NCBI GenBank assembly: GCA_016181845.1
Contig: JACOYO010000005.1
Location: forward strand, 66,845-130,844
Reading direction: 5' to 3'
Length of the DNA stretch: 64,000 nt
Source of the DNA: Parcubacteria group bacterium
GTDB lineage: Bacteria; Patescibacteriota; Minisyncoccia; Phycocordibacterales; 21-14-all-47-15
The notes under the pieces are model-generated. The model did no database searches. It saw nothing but the letters and a program-made list of their open reading frames with translations, and was not told the DNA's origin. Shown here in pieces: positions 57,153 to 64,000 of this stretch; the first letter of the stretch is position 1, and every line of letters begins with the position of its first letter. Position numbers and translations under genes: made by a program.

Positions 57153-57836
57153 TTATTTTGGGGAAACGATAACTACAAATTCTCCGCGTACTTTGTCCGG
57201 ATTTTTTTGAAAATATTCTCGCACTTCCGATACCGTTCCTCTGACTGTTTCTTCAAACAATTTTGATATCTCGCGAACAACGGCAATGGAACGGTCCGGA
57301 AAAAGAACTTGCTCAAGCGCTTCAAGCGCCTTCAAAATCCGATGTGGTGATTCGTAAAAAACAGCCGTCCGCTCTGAAGCGGCGATTTCTTTGAAGATTG
57401 TTTGCCTCCCCTTTTTGTGCGGTAAAAATCCGAAAAACAAAAAAGAATCTGCTGAAAAACCGGAAACGGAAAGCGCGGCTGTAATAGCGCTTGGGCCAGG
57501 AATGGGAATAATCGCCACCTCGTTGCCAAACGCTTCTATTACTTGCGATACCAAAAAACTCCCAGGGTCTGAAATCGCGGGGGTCCCGGCATCTGATACC
57601 AATGCGAGATTTTTTCCTTCGCGAAGCAATTCAATAATTTTTTCCGATTTCGCAGTGCCGCTATGAGTATGGTAGCTCAAAGTCGGCGTATGAATGTCAT
57701 ACCGCGCGAGCAATTTTTTTGTCACCCGCGTATCTTCGCACAAAATCAAATCAACCGTCTTGAGCGTTTCAAGAGCGCGGAGCGTTATGTCGCCCAAATT
57801 TCCTATCGGCGTTGCAACAATATAGAAAGTTGGCAT
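57153..57836 (-). CDS. rsmI: 16S rRNA (cytidine1402-2'-O)-methyltransferase RsmI
   Basis: MPTFYIVATPIGNLGDITLRALETLK...DLILCEDTR tetrapyrrole-methylase-fold signature. Confidence 0.85.
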   Translation of the reverse strand: MPTFYIVATPIGNLGDITLRALETLKTVDLILCEDTRVTKKLLARYDIHTPTLSYHTHSGTAKSEKIIELLREGKNLALVSDAGTPAISDPGSFLVSQVIEAFGNEVAIIPIPGPSAITAALSVSGFSADSFLFFGFLPHKKGRQTIFKEIAASERTAVFYESPHRILKALEALEQVLFPDRSIAVVREISKLFEETVRGTVSEVREYFQKNPDKVRGEFVVIVSPK

Positions 57837-57935
57837 AAATTATATGCTAACACCAGAACATTTTGTATTCAAATTTAAAAACTTAATAAAAAAATCGTGG
57901 CGCAGACAACAAGCCTACACCACGATAAGATTTTT

Positions 57936-58946
57936 TTATTTTTTTCTCAAAAACTCTGCCCACTCTAAATCTTCTTCTCTCAAGATATCCCACAAAATAG
58001 GGACTAAGTCCCTATCAAATTTCACACCGGTTAAACGGATTATTTCCTTGTATATATCCTCTTTAGTCCACGCTTTTTTGTATGGACGCTCGTTATTAAG
58101 CGCGTCAAAAGTATCAATCAAAGTGACGATACGCGCAAAAATATGAATATTTTTGCCGGATAAACCCATTGGGTAACCGCTTCCATCAAAATTTTCATGA
58201 TGCTGTTCTGGAATAACGGCAATTTTTTTAAGCAAATAATCGTCTGTCTCTTTAAGCAAGGTTGACCCAATAATAGAGTGTTCGCGCATTAACATCCATT
58301 CAGCATCAGTGAGTTTTGATGGTTTCTTTAAAATACCATCCGGAATGCCAACTTTACCTAAATCGTGCAGAGGCGCGCCGAGTTCCAACAAAAATAATTC
58401 ATCTCTGGAAAGGCCGATCCGTATGCCCATTTCAACAGAACGTTTCTGGACACGCTTTACGTGCTCGCCGGTAGTCACATCTTTATATTCAGAGACACGG
58501 CCAAGCAGACATCCTATTTTTTTCAACCACTGATTTCGTTCATCCAGTATCAACATTCCTTGAGTCGCGACGTTTTTATTGCCAATTTTTTTGTTTGCGG
58601 AACCAATGCGTAAAAAACGTATTCCTTTCCCAACAGTCTTACCATATACGGCTCTTTCTAATTCCAATTCTCCATATTCGGAAAATCTATGATTAAAAAG
58701 GCACATTTCTTTCTCTGAATGGCCAAAGACTTTTAACACATCGGCAATATTTGAACCAATCACTCTGCTTTTGCGTATCTTTTTCAAAGAAAGATGTTCC
58801 AACCATTCAAAGAATTTCTTATTTGCAAAGAGTATTGATTCCCCGTCTTTATCTAACAAGAAAAAAGGATTTTTTTGCTGAACTATAGCCTCAAAGGCTA
58901 GTTCCTTTACATCGGCAATCTTGCGTTTGGACGCCATATATATCAC
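57936..58946 (-). CDS. HD-GYP domain phosphodiesterase with N-terminal sensor-like domain
   Basis: HDLGK...HHENFDGSGYP motifs. Confidence 0.8.
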   Translation of the reverse strand: MIYMASKRKIADVKELAFEAIVQQKNPFFLLDKDGESILFANKKFFEWLEHLSLKKIRKSRVIGSNIADVLKVFGHSEKEMCLFNHRFSEYGELELERAVYGKTVGKGIRFLRIGSANKKIGNKNVATQGMLILDERNQWLKKIGCLLGRVSEYKDVTTGEHVKRVQKRSVEMGIRIGLSRDELFLLELGAPLHDLGKVGIPDGILKKPSKLTDAEWMLMREHSIIGSTLLKETDDYLLKKIAVIPEQHHENFDGSGYPMGLSGKNIHIFARIVTLIDTFDALNNERPYKKAWTKEDIYKEIIRLTGVKFDRDLVPILWDILREEDLEWAEFLRKK

Positions 58947-59157
58947 CTCGCAAAGTTATAAAAAGAACAATCAGCCATTACCGGTACCCCTATTTACAGG
59001 GTAACAAACGTGTCAAGTACATTTTCCTGCACGCAAAGCGCCGGCGCGTTTTGCTCTCGCCGCATAAAAAGTGATTGAGAGGAGCTCGTTTATCCACAGT
59101 TGACACAAAAATTGGTTAAGAGTAATATTTAAGTGTTTATGCAAGTACTTAACTAAT

Positions 59158-59481
59158 ATGCTGACAAAAGAACAGGTAAACAAAATAAAAAAAGAGTTGT
59201 CGGACGAAAAAGATCGGATGCCAATCATTCTTAGCGCTTTGGGAGACCCGGGCAAATTTAGAATTTTCAAGCTACTAATGAAGCACCATGATATTTGTGT
59301 GACAGATGTCGCGAATGTTTTTGATATTACGGTATCGGCGGCATCCCAACAGTTGCGGGTTCTTGAAATGCTGGAACTGGTCGAGAAAATGAGAATGGGA
59401 CAGATGGTTTGCTACGAACTGAAGAAGAGTACACGCACCGTTAAACAATTAATACAATTTATATCAAATACGATATATTGA
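59158..59481 (+). CDS. ArsR/SmtB-family transcriptional regulator
   Basis: wHTH region ...DICVTDVANVFDITVSAASQQLRVLEMLELV. Confidence 0.75.
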   Translation: MLTKEQVNKIKKELSDEKDRMPIILSALGDPGKFRIFKLLMKHHDICVTDVANVFDITVSAASQQLRVLEMLELVEKMRMGQMVCYELKKSTRTVKQLIQFISNTIY

Positions 59482-59570
59482 CGTCGCTCGGACATCGTGT
59501 AAATGATTACCTTTCCACGTGCTCCTCGCTAGTCAATTAAAGTCAATCAAATAAATAATTAAAATAAAAT

Positions 59571-59804
59571 ATGCAAAAAATAACTATCTACACAACCCCG
59601 ACTTGCGCTTATTGCAAAATGGCCAAAGCTTTTTTCAAAGAACATAATGTTGCCTATGAAGAAAAAGATGTGGCAAGCGATCATGCTTTGGCGGAAGAAA
59701 TGGTCAAAAAATCAGGTCAGATGGCCGTTCCTGTCATTGATATTGATGGTCAAATTGTAGTCGGCTTTGATCAGGGAAGACTTTCGGAATTATTGCGCAT
59801 ATAA
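59571..59804 (+). CDS. glutaredoxin-like protein (NrdH/Grx, CAYC active site)
   Basis: ITIYTTPTCAYCKMAK...VPVIDIDG. Confidence 0.75.
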   Translation: MQKITIYTTPTCAYCKMAKAFFKEHNVAYEEKDVASDHALAEEMVKKSGQMAVPVIDIDGQIVVGFDQGRLSELLRI

Positions 59805-59819
59805 AGTAATCTAAAAAAT

Positions 59820-60464
59820 ATGAGCAACAAAGTATTAATTGGCGGTATAATTCTCGGAGCGGTCGGTCTTTTGGTTGTCGGGAGATTCTATGGCGGCAAT
59901 ACCGCATCGCAAAACGCCTCTGTTTACAACGGCGCGCTAGAAACTGCTTCTCAAAAAAATCTTGCGCCGGACTTTTTGCTACAGAAGTTGGGTGGCGGCA
60001 CGATTACCATCTCGGAGTTTAATGGCAAGAAGCCGGTAGTCGTGGATTTTTGGGCTTCGTGGTGTCCGAACTGTCGACGAGATATGCCAAATCTAAATCG
60101 TTTTTACGAAAAATACAAAGATCAAATTGAGGTTATCGGGGTTAATTTACAGGAACGTGAGTCGGTCATTTTAGATTTTGTTACATCGCGCGACATACGT
60201 TTCCCTATCGCGCTTGACCCCAAAAGACAAGCGTCAAATGCTTTTGGAATTCAATACACCAACACGCATTTTTTAATAGATAAGGATGGCAATCTTGTAC
60301 GTATCATTCCGGGCGATATCAGAGAAGAGGATATTCTCTCTCTTATCATGGGCGGCGCTGACAATAATCAATCATCTATCCCTGACGAGAAGCCGTGTAA
60401 ACTCGCCTATGCTGAAGGTACCCAGGACGGCGAACAACCCGGTGTTTGCGCGTATTCTTCGTAA
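59820..60464 (+). CDS. TlpA/ResA-like thiol-disulfide oxidoreductase (membrane-anchored thioredoxin fold)
   Basis: N-terminal TM; VVVDFWASWCPNCRRDMP with WCxxC. Confidence 0.8.
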   Translation: MSNKVLIGGIILGAVGLLVVGRFYGGNTASQNASVYNGALETASQKNLAPDFLLQKLGGGTITISEFNGKKPVVVDFWASWCPNCRRDMPNLNRFYEKYKDQIEVIGVNLQERESVILDFVTSRDIRFPIALDPKRQASNAFGIQYTNTHFLIDKDGNLVRIIPGDIREEDILSLIMGGADNNQSSIPDEKPCKLAYAEGTQDGEQPGVCAYSS

Positions 60465-61507
60465 AACATATGGGTTCCAGAATGATAATCATTTTCATAA
60501 CAGTCATTGTGGCAATTTCGGCGATATTTGTTTTGTCACGTACCGTGTTTAGAAATGATTTTTCTTTGCCACAGAGTGGAGAAATTAAAAAAGAAACAAT
60601 TACCATGGATAATAACAATCAATCTTTTTCAACTAAAGAAATTATGGTTACTGACGGTGTAAAACATAGCGTCCCATTAAGTGAAATTATCGGCGGCGGG
60701 CCGCCTAAAGACGGAATTCCTTCCATTGATAATCCAAAATTTATTTCTGCCAAAGACGCGAGTAAGCAATTATCAGATGAAGAGCCCGGCATTGCCTTGG
60801 ATATTGGCGGCACCGCCCGATTTTATCCGTTTCAAATTCTCGTGTGGCATGAGATTGTAAATGATACAATCAATGGTGAGCGTGTCCTCATAACCTATTG
60901 CCCGCTTTGCCTTTCGGGAATCGTATTTGATCCGCTGGTAGACAACGAGCGCGTTTTATTCGGAACTTCAGGCAAACTCTGGAACTCAAATCTTGTGATG
61001 TATGACCGCAAAACCGATTCGCTCTGGTCGCAGATTTTGGGCGAAGCGATTGTTGGAGAAAAAACAGGAACGCGTCTCGCCGTTTTATCGTCCGATCAGA
61101 TTAGATTCGGCGAATGGAAGAAAGCGCATCCTAATGGAGAAGTGCTATCGCGAGATACCGGAGCGACGCGGTTTTATGGGCAAGATCCGTATGGTGATTA
61201 CTACACAACCCCGGGCACCTATTTCCCAGTCGGTAAAAAAGACGCCCGCTTAAGCGACAAAGATTTTGTGCTTGGCATCGTGATAAATGGAAAAGCAAAA
61301 GCGTACTTGCCGGAAACAATAAAAAAATTGAGCGAGGTAGAAGATCGTTTTGAAAACAAAACGATTGTTGCTCAATACGAAAAAGATATTGACGCGGTGC
61401 GGCTTTTTGAGAAGAAGTCAGACGACACTCTTGAACGCATTAATCCATTCGGCACATTTTGGTTTTCGTGGGTTGCCACGCATCCCGATACTGAATTATT
61501 AAAATAA
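60446..61507 (+). CDS. DUF3179-family protein (membrane-anchored)
   Basis: LITYCPLCLSGIVFD block typical of DUF3179; start uncertain (60446 or Met at 60482). Confidence 0.55.
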   Translation: MRVFFVKHMGSRMIIIFITVIVAISAIFVLSRTVFRNDFSLPQSGEIKKETITMDNNNQSFSTKEIMVTDGVKHSVPLSEIIGGGPPKDGIPSIDNPKFISAKDASKQLSDEEPGIALDIGGTARFYPFQILVWHEIVNDTINGERVLITYCPLCLSGIVFDPLVDNERVLFGTSGKLWNSNLVMYDRKTDSLWSQILGEAIVGEKTGTRLAVLSSDQIRFGEWKKAHPNGEVLSRDTGATRFYGQDPYGDYYTTPGTYFPVGKKDARLSDKDFVLGIVINGKAKAYLPETIKKLSEVEDRFENKTIVAQYEKDIDAVRLFEKKSDDTLERINPFGTFWFSWVATHPDTELLK

Positions 61508-61518
61508 TTTTTAAAAAC

Positions 61519-62109
61519 ATGAGTACACAAGTTAAAATAAAAATCATACTGGGCAGTACCAGACAAAATCGTTTCAGCGACAAGCCTGGAGCGTGGATTT
61601 TTGAGGAGACAAAGAAAAAAGAAGGGGTTGACGCCGAACTGCTTGATTTGCGCGATTACCCTCTTCCGTTTTTTGATGAGCCAATGTCGCCCGCGATGAT
61701 AAAAGACGGAGCATATCCGAATGAAGCGACAAAAAAATGGGCTCTTAAAATCAGTGAAGCTGACGCGTTTATTATGGTAACGCCGGAATACAACCACGGC
61801 ACATCTGGAGTTTTGAAAAATGCGCTTGATTCCGTTTACACCGAGTGGAACAACAAACCGATTGGTTTTGTCTCTTATGGCGGCGTTGGCGGCGCTCGCG
61901 CTGTTGAGCAATTACGTCTCGTCGCTATAGAACTTCAAATGGCGCCTATCAGAAGCGCGGTGCATATCATGGGTGGACCGTGGAATTTACTGGATGACAA
62001 TGGAAAATTAAAAGACGGAGCCCTTGAACCATTTCAACAAAGTGCTGAAGGAATGCTTGATCAACTTATGTGGTGGGCGCGCGCGTTAAAAACAGCAAGA
62101 GAACAATAA
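61519..62109 (+). CDS. NAD(P)H-dependent FMN reductase (flavodoxin-like fold)
   Basis: IILGSTRQNRFS...FIMVTPEYNHGTSGVLKNALD. Confidence 0.8.
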   Translation: MSTQVKIKIILGSTRQNRFSDKPGAWIFEETKKKEGVDAELLDLRDYPLPFFDEPMSPAMIKDGAYPNEATKKWALKISEADAFIMVTPEYNHGTSGVLKNALDSVYTEWNNKPIGFVSYGGVGGARAVEQLRLVAIELQMAPIRSAVHIMGGPWNLLDDNGKLKDGALEPFQQSAEGMLDQLMWWARALKTAREQ

Positions 62110-62119
62110 AAACAGCGGC

Positions 62120-62662
62120 ATGAAAATCACCATTATCAGCGCGGCGATTGTTATTATTGTTTGGGCGGCAATTTCTAGAATCGGGCACATTCCAAACATA
62201 TATTCAACAGACAACACGGAAACGCCGACAAAGTCCGACTCCCGATTAGACAAAGCGCCTGATTTTTCTTTGCAAGATTATGAAGGGAAAATAGTAAGAT
62301 TGTCCGACTTCAAAGGCAAACCGATCGTGATAAATTCTTGGGCCGCGTGGTGTCCGTTCTGTCGCAAAGAGTTGGTTGATTTTGCGGCGGCGCAACATGA
62401 GTTTGGCGACAAAATGGTGGTGATTGCCATTGACCGCGCCGAGTCGCGCGATACGGCAAAAAAGTATACAGACGAACTTGCGGTAACGAGCGATATCGTG
62501 TTCCTGCTTGATCCTTCCGACAGTTTCTACCGGTCAATCGGCGGTTTCTCAATGCCGGAAACGATTTTTGTAAGCAGAGACGGGCACATTGTTGACCACA
62601 AGCGAGGACCGATGGGCGTCAGCGAAATACGCGAGAGAATTCAGAAAATTTTAATAAATTAA
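62120..62662 (+). CDS. TlpA/ResA-like thiol-disulfide oxidoreductase, second copy
   Basis: IVINSWAAWCPFCRKEL with WCxxC; N-terminal TM. Confidence 0.8.
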   Translation: MKITIISAAIVIIVWAAISRIGHIPNIYSTDNTETPTKSDSRLDKAPDFSLQDYEGKIVRLSDFKGKPIVINSWAAWCPFCRKELVDFAAAQHEFGDKMVVIAIDRAESRDTAKKYTDELAVTSDIVFLLDPSDSFYRSIGGFSMPETIFVSRDGHIVDHKRGPMGVSEIRERIQKILIN

Positions 62663-62671
62663 AATGAAATT

Positions 62672-64000
62672 ATGCGAACATTTGATGTTATCATTATAGG
62701 GGCCGGCTCTGGAGGATTGAATGTGTCGTCGTTTATGGCTCGGGCCGGTTTCAAAACCTTATTAATCAATAAGGACGAGCAATCAATAGGCGGAGATTGT
62801 CTCAATTTCGGATGCGTTCCTTCAAAGGCGCTTATCCATGTGGCTCGCGAAATATGGTCAGGCAGAAATATCGGCCGATTTGGATTAAAAATTGAAGGTC
62901 AAACTGATATCAAGGCAGTTACCTCTTACATAAAGTCAAAGCAGAACATCATCCGCTTAGACGAAAATTCGCAAGCCCTTGCAAAAAAAAATATATCGGT
63001 GGCGTTGGGAGAAGCGCGTTTTGTAGGACCAAAAACAATATCCCTGAACGGCGAATTATTTACGGCCAAAAATATTGTTATCGCGACAGGCTCACGGCCG
63101 CGAACGCTTACGGTGCCAGGCGTGGGCAATGTCAAGGAATTATTTAACAATGAAACCATTTTTGATATAGATTTCTTACCAAAAAAATTAGTGGTTGTCG
63201 GCGGAGGGCCGATCGGATTGGAATTGGGTCAAGCATTTTTTTACCTAGGTTCTCAAGTGTCAATTATCAGCCAAGAGGAAGGAATTTTAAATAAAGAGGA
63301 CCCTGAAATTTCAAATAGATTGCTTGAGCATCTGAAAAAACTCGGTATGATATTTCATGTAAGCAGCCGCCCAATTAAATTTGAGAGTGAAAATAAAATA
63401 GTGATAAGCAAAAACAATAAGGAAGAAGTTTTGGAATTTGACGCGCTTTTGGTCTCAATCGGACGCGAACTTAATACGGAGAACCTTGATTTGGACAAAG
63501 CGGGAATTAAAATGAATGGCAGAAAAATAATCACGGACGACTATTTAAGAACCACCAATAAAAATGTGTTTTTGGTCGGCGATGTCGCCGGCGGACATCA
63601 ATTCACTCACGCCGCCGAACTGCACGCTTCCGTGGTTATAAAAAATTTCTTTTCTCCACTGCGAAAAAAAATAAATACCGACAAAATGGCTTGGGTGACA
63701 TACACCGACCCCGAAATAGCCACTTTTGGACTGGGCGAGGCGGAACTCAAAAAACAAAAAGTGGATTATTCAATGATACGGACGGATTTTGAAAAAGATG
63801 ACCGAGCAATCGTTGATGAAGCCACGAACGGTTTTTTGAAATTATTTATCGGCAAGAATAAAAGAATTTTGGGAGGTTCTATGATAAGGAAAAACGCCGG
63901 AGAATTGGTTCAGGAGCTCATTTTGGCAAACAGCGCGAATGTGCCTATTTCCGCGCTGTTTAATAAAATTTACCCATACCCCACTGCCTCCAGAATAAAT
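62672..64000 (+). CDS. pyridine nucleotide-disulfide oxidoreductase, class I (mercuric reductase/dihydrolipoamide dehydrogenase-like), 3'-truncated by the window end
   Basis: MRTFDVIIIGAGSGGL FAD motif; GGDCLNFGCVPSK redox-active disulfide; second Rossmann VVVGGGPIGLELG; open to the window end. Confidence 0.8.
   Translation, partial: MRTFDVIIIGAGSGGLNVSSFMARAGFKTLLINKDEQSIGGDCLNFGCVPSKALIHVAREIWSGRNIGRFGLKIEGQTDIKAVTSYIKSKQNIIRLDENSQALAKKNISVALGEARFVGPKTISLNGELFTAKNIVIATGSRPRTLTVPGVGNVKELFNNETIFDIDFLPKKLVVVGGGPIGLELGQAFFYLGSQVSIISQEEGILNKEDPEISNRLLEHLKKLGMIFHVSSRPIKFESENKIVISKNNKEEVLEFDALLVSIGRELNTENLDLDKAGIKMNGRKIITDDYLRTTNKNVFLVGDVAGGHQFTHAAELHASVVIKNFFSPLRKKINTDKMAWVTYTDPEIATFGLGEAELKKQKVDYSMIRTDFEKDDRAIVDEATNGFLKLFIGKNKRILGGSMIRKNAGELVQELILANSANVPISALFNKIYPYPTASRIN

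Overview
The window is a 64 kb chromosomal segment that looks like a small-genome bacterium of the Patescibacteria/CPR type. That assignment is an inference from three observations: rpmD (L30) is absent between rpsE and rplO, a type IV pilus cluster sits next to comFC, and the gene complement is streamlined. Gene density is about 90%.

Main blocks, in order:
- 1-6387 (minus strand): a type IV pilus operon, pilM-pilN-pilO-orf-pilB-response regulator-pilT-pilC, with comFC and a glutaredoxin on the plus strand nearby.
- 7.9-13.1 kb: a mannoside cluster of two GH130 phosphorylase-like genes (one a tandem fusion, one with a lysine-rich tail) plus a eukaryotic-type phosphomannomutase-like HAD enzyme.
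- 13.4-15.9 kb: an AT-rich island abutting the 3' end of tRNA-Ser(GCU). It carries an RHH-YfbU fusion protein, a MutH/Sau3AI-family endonuclease and a beta-class DPPY amino-methyltransferase, and is read here as a putative GATC-type R-M system.
- 15.97-16.28 kb: a GIY-YIG (UPF0213) gene flanked by a 14-nt direct repeat of the tRNA-Ser 5' end.
- 16.4-26.2 kb: a fused korAB plus gamma 2-oxoacid:ferredoxin oxidoreductase, recG, a tRNA with anticodon UAU, and a MacAB-type ABC efflux system whose permease ORF reads through a duplicated tRNA 3' end.
- 26.2-29.6 kb: ftsH, smpB, and a tmRNA gene followed by inverted and direct copies of its 3' end.
- 30.3-34.9 kb: infC-rpmI-rplT, a beta-CASP MBL RNase and ndk.
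- 35.8-38.6 kb: a 920-aa VirD4/TraD-like ATPase.
- 38.6-44.3 kb: a truncated spc/alpha ribosomal operon, rpsZ-rpsH-rplF-rplR-rpsE-rplO-secY-adk-map.
- 44.4-46.7 kb: a ParB-like protein and an Nth-like HhH-GPD glycosylase.
- 47.0-64.0 kb: groESL, secG, an OppA-like substrate-binding protein, RNase J, an MFS transporter, a HAD enzyme, a putative glycoside-hydrolase-like protein, rsmI, an HD-GYP protein, and a thiol-redox cluster (ArsR, two Grx-like, two TlpA-like, DUF3179, FMN reductase, partial pyridine nucleotide-disulfide oxidoreductase).

Non-coding structure is unusually rich:
- an ~85-bp hairpin repeat family with at least six copies, inserted between r-protein genes and between groES and groEL;
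- a ~120-nt conserved element present twice, next to ftsH and next to groEL;
- a 21-nt hairpin repeat present three times;
- homologous 130-170-bp modules downstream of both the tRNA(UAU) and the tmRNA, each ending in a direct repeat of that gene's 3' end.

No CRISPR array, IS element, rRNA gene or integrase gene was seen. All coordinates are 1-based on the plus strand. Protein identities come from recognisable motifs and remembered family sequences, not from database searches.
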